This document shows, one piece after another, positions 45,113-55,193 of a DNA stretch of 64,000 nucleotides. The position numbers were made by a program, and so were the translations under genes. Under the pieces are notes generated by a model that ran no database searches, was not told where the DNA came from, and saw nothing but the letters and a program-made list of their open reading frames with translations. Origin of the DNA: an uncultured Chloroflexia bacterium. GTDB taxonomy: Bacteria; Chloroflexota; Anaerolineae; Anaerolineales; UBA4823. The DNA lies in the NCBI GenBank assembly GCA_963705155.1, contig CAVPJC010000001.1:292392-356391 (forward strand), in the 5' to 3' direction. Position 1 is the stretch's first letter; each line of letters starts with the position of its first letter.

Positions 45113-46049
45113 TCACCGGGTTGCCAGCGCCAGAAAAACATCTTCCAGCGTGGGTTCCACCTGTTCAACACGTACAGCCTGCAGGCCCGCCTCGTTCAGG
45201 CGATCCTCCAAAACCTTTGCGGTTACATCTGCCGGAGCGATGGCCCGCAGATGGTCACCGGTCAGTCCGGCGCGGAAAACACACGGACAACTTTCCAGAG
45301 CGTTCAAGGCTACCAACAGCGGCGGTTCCTGCTCATGATCCGCCTCGCCAACAAACACATCCCATGCCAGGCCCGGCAGCGCCGTTTCCTTCAAAGCCGA
45401 GGGTGTATCCATCGCCAGCAGCCGGCCATCGCGCATGATGCCCACCCGCCCGCAGTATTCGGCCTCATCCATGTAATGCGTGGTCACCAGGGCTGTCACG
45501 CCCTGCCCCACCAGCGTCATAGATCAGATCCCAGAAGGCCCGCCGCGCCGTCGGGTCGACGCCGCTGGTGGGCTCATCCAGAAACAGCAGGCGCGGCCGG
45601 TGCACAATCGCCGTCCCCAGCGCCAGTCGCTGCCGCCAGCCTGCCGACAGGCTGCCCACCAGCTCCTTTTGCAGGGCGTTTAGACCCACCAGGTCCAGCA
45701 CCTCGTCCAGCCGCTGGCGGCGTGTCTCACCGTAAACACCGGCATAGAACGCCAGGTTTTCTCCCACGGTCAGATCATGGTACAGGGCGAACTTCTGCGA
45801 CATGTACCCCACCTGGGTGCGGATGCGCTCCGCATCCCGCACCACATCGTACCCCAGCACGCTCGCCTGCCCTGCGGTGGGGCGCAGCAGCCCCAGCAGC
45901 ATGCGGATGGTGGTGGTCTTGCCCGAGCCGTTCGGCCCCAGGTAACCCACCACCTCGCCCTGCCCCATCTGAAACGTGACGTGATCCACGGCGACGAATT
46001 CACCGAAGTTTCGCGTCAGGTCCTTGGTGATGATGACATCTTCAGGCAT
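45113..46049 (-). CDS. ABC transporter ATP-binding protein (one frame break near 45510)
   Basis: MPEDVIITKDLTRNFG..., GPNGSGKTT, LSAGWRQRL and LLFLDEP, then ...VTALVTTHYMDEAEYC in ORF 45113..45520. Confidence 0.8.
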
Positions 46050-47012
46050 TGTTGTTTTCCAGCAAATCGATAAAAACATCTTCCAGCTGGGCCGGAACCA
46101 GGCGCAGTTGGATGATTTCGCCGCCCGCCTCGGGGATGCGCTGGCTCCAGCCGCTCCATCACCGCCTGGGCGCAGCCTGTGCGCACATGCAAATGGATCC
46201 GGTCGCCAAACATGTGCGCATCCTGCACATCTTCATCCTGGCTGGGCCAGGCCGGCGCAGCAGCGCCAGCGGGCTGGCCGCGCAGCTCCAGGATGCGCCC
46301 ATCCAGGCGGTGTCCGCAGACCCGACGGCGTGCCTTCCACCAGCAGCCTGCCGTTCTGCATGAACCCCACCCGCCGGCAGCGGGCCGCTTCGTCCATATA
46401 GGGGGTGCTCACCAGCACCGCCACGCTCTCTTCGCCTTTCCGGCGCCGCCAGGCGGATGATGAGCTGCCAGAAATCCTGGCGTGTCACCGGATCCACGCC
46501 GGTGGTGGGCTCGTCCAGCAGCAGCACGCGCGGGCGGTGCACCAGCGCGGCCGCCAGGCCCAGCTTTTGCTTCATCCCGCCGGAGAGCTTCCCCGCCCGG
46601 CGGTCGATAAAGGCGTCCAGCCCCACAAAGCGCAGGATCTCCATGCAGCGCGGCCGCCACTCGGCGGCGGGCAAGGCCGCGCACCTCGGCAAAGAAGCGG
46701 ATATTCTCCATGACGGTCAGGTCCTCGTACAATGAAAAGCGCTGCGGCAGGTAGCCAATCTGAGCGCGGGCCTGCTCGGTCTGGCGCAGTACATCGTACC
46801 CGCCGATCTCAATCTGCCGGAGCCGGCCGCCGTGCCGGCCGGTCGGGCCGCAGCGCGCCGCACAGCAGCCGCAGGGTGGTGGTCTTGCCGGCGCCATCCG
46901 GCCCGACCAGGCCGTAAATTTCGCCGGACGCCACCTGCAGGCTCAGATCCACCACAGCCTGTGTGGCGCCAAAGGATTTATTCAGTGAAACAGCGTTGAT
47001 CAGGCTGTTCAT
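46042..47012 (-). pseudogene. ABC transporter ATP-binding protein, 5 or more frame breaks as assembled
   Basis: The pieces sit in 5 frames: [15 protein letters not shown]...GPDGAGKTT; [20 protein letters not shown]; [33 protein letters not shown]; [14 protein letters not shown]; and [14 protein letters not shown]. The reconstructed stop is at 46042-46044, overlapping the next start. Confidence 0.75.
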
Positions 47013-47019
47013 AAGCGGG

Positions 47020-48374
47020 TTATTTGAAAATCACATCCACCGGCATGCCCGGTTTCAACTTGCCTTCCGGGTTTGTAATTGCCAGTTGGATGGCATATAC
47101 GGTGGTGCGCCGGCCTTCCTCCGTTTGCACATTGCGCGGTGTGAACTCCGCCTGGTCGGCGATACGCGCCACCACAGCTGAGAATATCTCGCCTGGGAAC
47201 AAATCGATCTCTCACCTCCACCGCCTGGCCCAGGCTGACCTCACCGTAGCGGTCTTCGGGCACGTAAACCGTGATGGTCAGGTCATCCAGGCGCGCCAGC
47301 GTGAGCAGCGGCGCCCCGGCACAGCCACCTCTCCTGGCTCCACAGAGCGGGTGAGCACCACCCCCTCCACCGGGGCCTTGATCGTCAGCTTGCCGATCTG
47401 TGTCTCGATCACCTGCAGCGGCAGAACGGGCTACCTCCACCTGCGCCTGGGCGGCTGCCAGCTGCTCCGGGCCTGGCTCGGCCTGTGCTGCCGCCAGGCT
47501 GGCTTCGGCTATCTATCAGGCGCGCCTGCGCCAGGGCCAGCGCATCCGGGTCGATGCCCGTCCTGCAGCTCTGCGTAGCTGCCGCTGCGAATCTGCCAGC
47601 CTGCGCCTCCGCCAGGGCCACATCGGCGTTTAGCCAGGGACAGCTCATACTTGTTGGCTGTGCCCAACCAGGTTGTTATATCGTTCCACCACGGCATCGT
47701 ACTGCTTTTGCGCTGCCGGCTAGCTTGCGCCTGCAGAACGGCGCGGGTCAGGTTGCTTTGATCTTTGTTTTCATATGGGCTCAAAATCTTCCTGCGCCTT
47801 TTCCAGCTTATCCTGGGCAATCACCACCGAGGCCCAGGCCGCATCGATATCCGCCGGGTTGGCCTGGGTACTGACATTATCCAGGTACTGCTGCGATTTA
47901 TCGCGGGCTTTGTCAATCGAGGCGATCGTTTGCTAGGGTCTGGGCTTCAGCCAGACCTGGGCTGATCGTACAGCGCCTGCAGGGCCTGCTGTGCATTGGT
48001 CAGCTCCATCTCGGCAGAAGCCATCGCCAGGGCGCGCTGCTCGTCGGAAAGCCCTTTGGCAGCCAGCTCGTAGTTGGCCTGCGCCTGGCGCCAGAGCAGC
48101 CTGGGCCTGGGCCAGCTGCGCCTGCAGCAAGGCGCCATCGAAACGCACCAGCACATCACCGGCCTGCACTGCATCGCCTTCTTGAGCCAGCACTTCGAGC
48201 ACATGCCCCGCCAGCTCGGGGGCTACCAACACCTGGATGGCTTCGATGGTGCCCGAAGCTGCAAGTTCACCAGACACGGCATCCGTGCGGTTGTTGTTCA
48301 GATACCACCAGCCGGCCGCAGCCAGGGCAATCAGTAAAATGACGGGTGCAATTCTTCGTCGGGTTGGGATGCAT
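47020..48374 (-). pseudogene. HlyD-family periplasmic adaptor (membrane-fusion) protein, multiple frame breaks as assembled
   Basis: GGAGGA precedes ATG 48374. By hand translation, a TM anchor (RRIAPVILLIALAAAGWWYL) sits in a shifted frame. Other pieces are GTIEAIQVLVAPELAGHVLEVLAQEGDAVQAGDVLVRFD and the C-terminus FTPRNVQTEEGRRTTVYAIQLAI...GMPVDVIF. Confidence 0.75.
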
Positions 48375-48426
48375 AAACTTCCTCCGTTCTACATCGTCAA
48401 TGGTGAGCGGGTTGTCGCAGCCTGTC

Positions 48427-49562
48427 TCAATCCAGGCGCTTTCGGAAACGCAGCGACGCCAGGGTCATGATACTCAGGCCAAATATCGCCAGGGCAATAA
48501 TCTCATTGCGCAGTGCGGCCGATGCCAACGCCTTTCAGCATCAGCGTGCGGATGATCACCAGGTAGTAGCGCAGCGGCATCAGATACGAAATCCACTGCA
48601 GCAATTTGGGCATGGCTTCGATGGGAAAGAAGAAACCGGACAGGAACATGCTGGGCAGCAGAGTCATCCACACCGTCAGCATGGCTTCCTGCTGGGTGTT
48701 GGCGATGGTGGAGGCCAGCAGACCGATGCCCAGGCTGGAGAGCAGGAACAGACCCGATAGCGCCAGGATCAGCCACAAATCGCTGCGGATGGGCACCTTG
48801 AACCACCAGGAACCCACCGCCAGCACCTCCAGCGTGTTCAAGAAGGCCAGGATCACGTAAGGCAGCAATTTTCCAACCACCAATTCCCAGGGGCGGATCG
48901 GTGTGACGATCAACTGCTCGATCGTGCCACGCTCCGCTCGCGCACAATCGCCGTGGCGGTCAGGATGGAAGTGAGGGCAAACAGGATCATGCCGATCACA
49001 CCCGGGATCATGAAATAGGCGCTCACCAGGTCGGGGTTGTACCACACCTGGGTGCGCACCTCGACGGGGGGCTGCACCGCCGTGGTTTGGCCGCGCCGCG
49101 GCCATGCGCTCCACCAGGATGCGTGTGGCATGCTGCTGGCCGATAAACTGCGCCGCCGAAAGCGCTGTGGATGCCACGGTGGGATCGCTGCCATCCAGCA
49201 CAAAAGCCACCTGGGCCACCTCACCGGCCTGCAGGCGGCTGCCGTAATCCGGCGGGATGATCATCCCGGCGCGTGCTTTGCCGCTATCGATCAGGTCGCG
49301 CAGCTCATCCTCGGAATCCACATCGTAGGCGATGCTGAAGTAGTCGGCGGCGCGGTAGGCATCCAGCAAAGCGCGCGCTTCCGGGCTGCGGTCCTGGTTA
49401 TAGACTGCCAGGGGCACGTTGCGCACATCGTTGGTGGCAGCAGTACCCCAGCAGCACCAGCTGCATCACCGGGATCACCAGCACCAGGATCAGCGTGCGC
49501 GGATCGCGCAGGATCTGGATGAATTCTTTGCGTACCAGTGAAACCAGACGGGAATTGATCAT
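48427..49562 (-). pseudogene. ABC-2-type efflux permease, multiple frame breaks as assembled
   Basis: MINSRLVSLVRKEFIQILRDPRTLILVLVIPVMQLVLLGY (hand translation from ATG 49562), then ATNDVRNVPLAVYNQD..., then the ABC-2 membrane domain ...IANTQQEAMLTVWMTLLPSMFLSGFFFPIEAMPKLLQWISYLMPLRYY. The start overlaps the tetR stop (ATGA). Confidence 0.75.
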
Positions 49563-50183
49563 GTTACCTCCGGCGCGGCAGACCCATTTTTTATAATACC
49601 GTACAGATAAATATCCACAAACGTATCCAGAGCCCGGTCGTGCATCTCTCGGGGGAACTGGTTTCCCACCAGCAGCTCGGTCATCACATAGGAAAAGAAT
49701 AAACCCACAAAAGTGCGCACCAGCATCATGGCCGGGATCGGGCGCAGTTCGTCCCTGGAGTCGACAAACCGCTGCACAAAGTCTAAAATCTGGGGGAAAA
49801 CGATCTGGAATAGAGCCGGGACATGCTGCCCATTAAACTCAACCACCTCAATAAACATCAGGTTGAGCAGATCGGTGCGCTTCCCCAGGCCTTCCACCAA
49901 CCGCCGGGCGGCGTCACGCACGAACTCATCCATGCTGCCGCCCTCAGCCGCGTTAATCAGCGGCAGCACCTCAAGATAGGGGTGCCGTTCCAATAATACG
50001 GTTTTGAAGATCTTCGTCTTTGCCAGAAAAATGGTTATAAATACTGCCCAGGGCAATGCCGGTCTCCTGGGCAATCTGGCGCATGGAGGTGCCGTGATAG
50101 CCTTTCAGCATAAACAGGTTATACGCCGCCTGGAGGATCTCCGTGCGGGTGCGCTCACCGCGTGTGATCGTTTCTTCAGACAT
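49559..50183 (-). CDS. TetR/AcrR-family transcriptional regulator (one frame break near 50012)
   Basis: The N-terminal HTH is RTRTEILQAAYNLFMLKGYHGTSMRQIAQETGIALGSIYNHF (ORF 49971..50183). The ligand domain is ORF 49559..50074. Removing one A at about 50012 gives ...GKDEIFKTVLLERHPY. Confidence 0.8.
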
Positions 50184-50201
50184 CCGCTGCCTCCTACCCT
50201 A

Positions 50202-50215
50202 AACGAACGTTCGTT
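50202..50215. promoter_or_regulatory. Perfect 14-bp palindrome AACGAACGTTCGTT, candidate TetR operator
   Basis: It lies 19 nt upstream of the tetR start codon. Confidence 0.45.
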
Positions 50216-50280
50216 CATATTCTATATCAGATAAATACCCGTGTCAACTATCGTTTTTGCACACCCGGGTGTGTCTATAA

Positions 50281-50323
50281 CAAAAAAGACCGGGGAATTT
50301 GCGGATAAACGCAAATTCCCCGG
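50281..50323 (-). terminator. Intrinsic terminator downstream of the pterin dehydratase gene
   Basis: A perfect 14-bp stem, CCGGGGAATTTGCG / CGCAAATTCCCCGG, is followed on the minus strand by TCTTTTTTG. Confidence 0.65.
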
Positions 50324-50350
50324 TCGGGAAATTCGTTCAAACTCGCCCTC

Positions 50351-50689
50351 CTACAACGCATCCGTCCTGGCTGCCAGGATGAAATCGTTGCGGTGCAGCC
50401 CGTTGATCTTATGCGTCCACCAACTCACCGTCACCTGCCCCCACTCGGTGAGCAGCGCCGGGTGATGGTCCTCGGCCTCAGCCAGCCGCCCCACCTGGTT
50501 GGAAAATTCCATTGCCTGGGCGAAGTTTTTGAACTTAAAAACACGCTGCAGGCGTTTTACGCCGGCAACATCAATCACCTGCCATTCTGGCACATGACTG
50601 TGCAGAGCATGAATTTCGCCATCCGTCATGGCTGGTCCTGCATTCCGGCAGGGCACACAGCTTTCGTCTCGCAGCCCGCCGGCTGCCAT
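50351..50689 (-). CDS. Pterin-4-alpha-carbinolamine dehydratase
   Basis: EWQVIDVAGVKRLQRVFKFKNFAQAMEFSNQVGRLAEAEDHHPALLTEWGQVTVSWWTH is the PCD/DCoH signature (E.E.HHP). I prefer the start at ATG 50689. Confidence 0.85.
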   Translation of the reverse strand: MAAGGLRDESCVPCRNAGPAMTDGEIHALHSHVPEWQVIDVAGVKRLQRVFKFKNFAQAMEFSNQVGRLAEAEDHHPALLTEWGQVTVSWWTHKINGLHRNDFILAARTDAL

Positions 50690-50714
50690 TACCCGGGAAA
50701 CATTCGTCACAGAA

Positions 50715-50942
50715 TTACCTCTCGTCTCCCAGTAGAGCCACCTGGCGCAGCAGGCCAAAAACCAGCAGCCCCATACGCACCCCTTCTCCTGCTGAAACGG
50801 CCAGAGGTTTTTCTTCGCGCACCGCTCTCTGGATCAGCAGATAGGCCGCCCCGGCGCCTACCACAGCGCCCAGAACGGTGCCGACCAGCAGCGCCTTCGT
50901 TTTCCAGTTCTCTACAGCCTGTTCTTCAATGATTTCAGTCAT
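50715..50942 (-). CDS. Small hypothetical membrane protein
   Basis: 75 aa with two hydrophobic segments. I recognise no family. Confidence 0.4.
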   Translation of the reverse strand: MTEIIEEQAVENWKTKALLVGTVLGAVVGAGAAYLLIQRAVREEKPLAVSAGEGVRMGLLVFGLLRQVALLGDER

Positions 50943-50953
50943 TTTCCTTCCCT

Positions 50954-51421
50954 CTACCTGTTCTCCACGTCTGCCCGGCGCCCACGCTGAAGCGCGCGCA
51001 GCAGGGCCTGCACGGCAGCCTGAGATTGCCGGGTACGCAGCACCGGCTCAACAGCTTTGTCGTTCAGCGTTAATAAACGGAATTTGATCAGCAAAAATAT
51101 ATCCTGGACCTGCAGGAACCATCCCGGCAGCCTGCCCAGCAGCCAGGTCACTCCATAAATTATCCCCAACAGCAGCACCAGAAATACCAGCGAAAAGAAC
51201 ATCGCCGGTACGATCAACCAGACCGTTGAAATATCCGCCCAACCGGGTAAATCGCCCGCTCCGCTGGCTCCGGCCCACACTACCCCACCCGCTGCTGCCA
51301 GGATCACCAGGCCCCCCACCACCAGCGGGGCTGTGATCTGCCAGAAGACTTCCCTGCGGTGAGCGAGGTGGGTCAGCGGGTTGCGCCTCATCTGATTGGG
51401 TGTTCTAAATTCACTTGCCAT
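50954..51421 (-). CDS. Hypothetical membrane protein
   Basis: 155 aa with 3 TM helices. I recognise no family. Confidence 0.45.
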   Translation of the reverse strand: MASEFRTPNQMRRNPLTHLAHRREVFWQITAPLVVGGLVILAAAGGVVWAGASGAGDLPGWADISTVWLIVPAMFFSLVFLVLLLGIIYGVTWLLGRLPGWFLQVQDIFLLIKFRLLTLNDKAVEPVLRTRQSQAAVQALLRALQRGRRADVENR

Positions 51422-51515
51422 GCAGATATTTTAACATACTTGCACGATTTATTCTCCGTTGACCTTCCTGACCTGCCATGCTAAAATCGCAAGCGTTTCA
51501 CCTATCAAGGGAGCG

Positions 51516-52421
51516 ATGACCATGAACGACCACCTCGTTCGAGTACTGCTGGTTGAAGATAACAGCGATTACGCCTGGATGCTGCGGCTGGTTCTCACCC
51601 AGATCTACCCCGACCAGTTTGAGCTGACTCAGGTAGATACCCTTGCCGATGCTATGACACACCTGGATGGGACACCATGTGATGTCATCCTGCTGGATCT
51701 ATCCCTGCCCGACAGCACAGGGTACGAAACCTTCCTGCAGACGCGCCACCGCGCCCCCGATGTGCCCATCGTTGTGATGACCGCCATGGATGATAAGGAG
51801 CTTGCCCTCCAATCCGTGCGCGAGGGCGCCCAGGATTTCCTGGTGAAAGGCGATATGGATATCATCCAGCTGGTGCGCTCCATCCAGTATGCTGTGGAAC
51901 GCTACCGCAACCTGGCTGACCTGAAGCGCCAGTCGCTCATCGACGATCTCACCGGGCTGCTCAACCGGCGCGGTTTCCTCTCCCTCGGAGCGCAGCACAT
52001 CAAGATTGCCGAGCGCTCCCATCGCAACATGCTGCTCTTCTATGCCGATTTGGACGGGCTCAAACAAATTAACGACCGCCTTGGACACCAGGTTGGTGAT
52101 GAGGCCCTGAAGAGCATTGCTGCCATCCTGCGGGAGACTTTCCGGTCATCAGACCTGATTGCCCGGCTTGGCGGGGATGAGTTTACCGTGCTCGCCATCG
52201 ATGCCCCCGACAGCACTACCGGCGCCATCCTGGGACGCCTGCAGCAAAAAATTAGCCAGCACAACCGGCAGTCATCCACTTACCAGCTCTCGCTCAGCGT
52301 GGGCACCGCCCGCTTTGATCCTCAGCAGACCCCCGATATTAACACCCTTATGTCTCTCGCCGATAAAGCCCTGTACGAATCCAAAGACAGCAAGAGCAGT
52401 ATCGCATCCAAAGCGGTATGA
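51516..52421 (+). CDS. Response-regulator receiver + GGDEF diguanylate cyclase
   Basis: AAGGGAG precedes ATG 51516. The REC domain is VLLVEDN...ILLDLSLPD. The GGDEF domain is DDLTGLLNRRGF...RLGGDEFTVLA. Confidence 0.9.
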   Translation: MTMNDHLVRVLLVEDNSDYAWMLRLVLTQIYPDQFELTQVDTLADAMTHLDGTPCDVILLDLSLPDSTGYETFLQTRHRAPDVPIVVMTAMDDKELALQSVREGAQDFLVKGDMDIIQLVRSIQYAVERYRNLADLKRQSLIDDLTGLLNRRGFLSLGAQHIKIAERSHRNMLLFYADLDGLKQINDRLGHQVGDEALKSIAAILRETFRSSDLIARLGGDEFTVLAIDAPDSTTGAILGRLQQKISQHNRQSSTYQLSLSVGTARFDPQQTPDINTLMSLADKALYESKDSKSSIASKAV

Positions 52422-52999
52422 AAACCATCTGCGTCTTTTGTGGATCGTCCGATAAAATACATCCCCACTACCTGGCAGCCGCCAGCCAGATGGGGGCTGC
52501 CATCGCGGCCCGCGGTATGCGCCTGGTGTATGGGGCCGGCAGCACCGGGCTGATGGGCGCGGTCGCCGATGGCGCACTGCAGGCGGGCGGCGAAGTGATC
52601 GGCGTCATTCCGGAATACTTCAATACCCCGCGGCTGGCGCACAACGGCCTCACCCGCCTCGAAGTGGTGGATACCCTTCACCAACGCAAAGCGCGCATGG
52701 TGGAGCTTGCCGATGCTTTTATCGCCTTGCCCGGGGGTTACGGGACGCTGGAAGAGCTGTTTGAAGTGCTCACCTGGGCCCAGATCGGCCTGCACAGCAA
52801 GCCGGTGGGGCTGCTCAATACTCGCGGCTATTATGACCGCCTGCTGAGCCTGGTGGAGCACGCCCGAGACGAAGGTTTCATTTATGCCGAACACCGCGCC
52901 CTCTTCACCTGTTCGGCAGCGCCCGATGAGTTGTTGACCGCTCTGGAAAACCACCGCTCCCCTGGCGGTCTGGAGCGTTGGCTGACCCACGAAGGTTAA
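52418..52999 (+). CDS. LOG-family (TIGR00730) nucleotide phosphoribohydrolase
   Basis: VYGAGSTGLMGAVADG and ALPGGYGTLEELFE motifs. The start overlaps the upstream stop. Confidence 0.9.
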   Translation: MKTICVFCGSSDKIHPHYLAAASQMGAAIAARGMRLVYGAGSTGLMGAVADGALQAGGEVIGVIPEYFNTPRLAHNGLTRLEVVDTLHQRKARMVELADAFIALPGGYGTLEELFEVLTWAQIGLHSKPVGLLNTRGYYDRLLSLVEHARDEGFIYAEHRALFTCSAAPDELLTALENHRSPGGLERWLTHEG

Positions 53000-53973
53000 C
53001 CAGCCGCTCGCTGCGCTGCCAGCGCCACCCAATCCCCGCTCTGGCGCTGTTCCACCACCGGCAAAGCGTGCCGCTCCAGGGCCTCAACCACCGCCCCACC
53101 CTGCTCCGCCAGAATGCCCGAGAGCACCAGTATGCCGCCCGGTACAGCCAGCTCTCCCAGCCCATCGTCCAACAGGCGGATGATGACTGGCGCCAGGATG
53201 TTGGCAACCACCAGCGGCGCCTGGCGCAGCCCAAAATTACCGGCGCGCACCTCAGCCACGCTGCCCAGCCCCACCTCCAGCCGCTCACTCACCTCATTCA
53301 ACAGGCCGTTTTCCAGTGAGGCGGTGATCGATTCGGGGTCAATATCTACCCCCAGCGCCCGGCTCGCCCCCAGTTTCAACGCAGCCACTGCCAGGATCCC
53401 GGATCCGCAGCCGACATCAATCATGGACGGCGCAGATCCACCGTCCGGCTGCGACGCCTCATCCATTTCCTGGTATCGGCCGGCAACGTCCAGGTAGGTC
53501 TCAATCATCTCCAGGCACAATTGCGTGGTGGGATGTGTGCCCGTGCCAAACGCCATGCCGGGGTCCATGCGGATGGCAATCCGTCCCGGGTCAGGCGTCT
53601 CCAGCCAGGCCGGCACCACCATCAGCCTGCGCCCAATGGCAATGGGTTTGTAGTGTTCTTTCCAGGCCTCAGCCCAATCCTGTTCCTGCAGTGTGCGATA
53701 CTGCGCTGCCGGCAGCGGGCGAATACGTCCCAGGTACCAGAGCGCTTCTTCGATGCGCTGGCGGGTCTCCTCCACCTGGCTGTCCACCGGTAGATAACCG
53801 CACACCCGCAGCGGCCCCACCGGGTGGCCCTCGCTGTCATCGGCGTTGGCGGTCACCGCGGTCAATTCGATCACCACGCCGTTGCTCACGTAGCGGGCCA
53901 GCACTTCAGCGATCGCTTCCGCCAGCTCCCCATCCACAACCAGTGATATTTCAAGCCAGGTAGTGTCTTTCAT
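52996..53973 (-). CDS. prmA: Ribosomal protein L11 methyltransferase
   Basis: FGTGTHPTTQLCLE, the IDVGCGSGILA SAM motif, and its position downstream of dnaJ. Confidence 0.9.
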   Translation of the reverse strand: MKDTTWLEISLVVDGELAEAIAEVLARYVSNGVVIELTAVTANADDSEGHPVGPLRVCGYLPVDSQVEETRQRIEEALWYLGRIRPLPAAQYRTLQEQDWAEAWKEHYKPIAIGRRLMVVPAWLETPDPGRIAIRMDPGMAFGTGTHPTTQLCLEMIETYLDVAGRYQEMDEASQPDGGSAPSMIDVGCGSGILAVAALKLGASRALGVDIDPESITASLENGLLNEVSERLEVGLGSVAEVRAGNFGLRQAPLVVANILAPVIIRLLDDGLGELAVPGGILVLSGILAEQGGAVVEALERHALPVVEQRQSGDWVALAAQRAAG

Positions 53974-53992
53974 TCAGATTATCCCTGTGGGA

Positions 53993-55120
53993 TCAACCTC
54001 CCAGGGTCTCTTTGAGCCAATCCAAAAAGCTGCGCTCCTGGGGGCGCACTTCACTGCCCAGGCTCTTGGCAAGCTGCTCGAACAACTGGCGCTGTTCATT
54101 GGTCAAACGGGCGGGGATTTCAACATTCACCACCACCAGCTGGTCGCCGCGGCCGCTGCTGCGCAGGTAAGGAATGCCCTTGCTGCGCAGGCGCAGCACT
54201 TTACCCGGCTGTGTGCCTGCAGGGATCTTGAGCCGCGCCGGGCCGTCCACCGTGGGGACCTCCACCTCGGCGCCCAGCACGGCCTGAGCGATATTGATAT
54301 CCAGGTCCAACACGATATCATTTTCACGCCGCCGGAAGAACTGGTGCGCCTTGACATTGATGGTGATATACAGGTTGCCGTTTGGGCCGCCGTTGGCGCC
54401 GGGCTGGCCTTCGCCTGCCAGGCGGATTTGCGTGCCCGTATCGACGCCGCCAGGGATATTGACCATCTTTTTGCGCGTCCGGCGCTCAAAGCCACGCCCC
54501 TGGCAGGTGTGGCAGGGTGTGGCGATCGTCTCACCCACACCGTTGCAGGTGGGGCAGGTAGCCACCTGCACCATGGAGCCCAGGATGGTCTGCCGCACCT
54601 GGCGCACTTCGCCCGTACCGTTGCAGCTGTTGCAGCGCACAGGCGAGGTGCCTGGCTCCGCGCCAGAGCCGGAACACGTCGTGCATTGCTCATCGCGCAC
54701 GATCTCGATTTCTTTCTCAACACCAAACACCAATTCTTCAAAGGTCAGTTCCAAGCGGTAAGGCAGGTCGGCCCCCCGTCGCGGCGCATTGCGCGTCCGC
54801 CGTGAGGTGCGCCCAAAATTGCCAAAGCCAAAGAGATCGCCAAAGATATCGGCAAAATCGGTGAAATCTACGGAAACATCCGGCCCGCCGCCTGGCCCAC
54901 GCACGCCGGCATGCCCGAACCGGTCGTAAGCCGCGCGCTTATCGCTATCCGACAACACGGCATAGGCTTCGTTGATTTCCTTAAAACGCTCCTCGGCGTC
55001 CTTTTCCTTGTTCACATCCGGGTGATACTGCCGGGCCAGGCGCCGGAAAGCGGCCTTCAAATCGTCATTGGAGGCATTTTTGGGAACACCCAGGACTTCG
55101 TAATAATCGCGTTGCGCCAT
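53993..55120 (-). CDS. dnaJ: Molecular chaperone DnaJ
   Basis: The J-domain is DYYEVLGV...YHPD, followed by a G/F region and four CxxCxGxG zinc-finger repeats. Confidence 0.95.
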   Translation of the reverse strand: MAQRDYYEVLGVPKNASNDDLKAAFRRLARQYHPDVNKEKDAEERFKEINEAYAVLSDSDKRAAYDRFGHAGVRGPGGGPDVSVDFTDFADIFGDLFGFGNFGRTSRRTRNAPRRGADLPYRLELTFEELVFGVEKEIEIVRDEQCTTCSGSGAEPGTSPVRCNSCNGTGEVRQVRQTILGSMVQVATCPTCNGVGETIATPCHTCQGRGFERRTRKKMVNIPGGVDTGTQIRLAGEGQPGANGGPNGNLYITINVKAHQFFRRRENDIVLDLDINIAQAVLGAEVEVPTVDGPARLKIPAGTQPGKVLRLRSKGIPYLRSSGRGDQLVVVNVEIPARLTNEQRQLFEQLAKSLGSEVRPQERSFLDWLKETLGG

Positions 55121-55142
55121 AATCTCGCCTGAAGGTTAAACA

Positions 55143-55178
55143 GTTGAAGGTTGAAAGTCATCGCTTCCAACCTTCAAC
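55143..55178. repeat. 11-bp-stem hairpin in the dnaK-dnaJ spacer
   Basis: GTTGAAGGTTG / CAACCTTCAAC, checked by hand. The motif GAAGGTT occurs 2x in direct orientation at 55131-55153. Confidence 0.5.
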
Positions 55179-55193
55179 CATCAACCGCTAATT

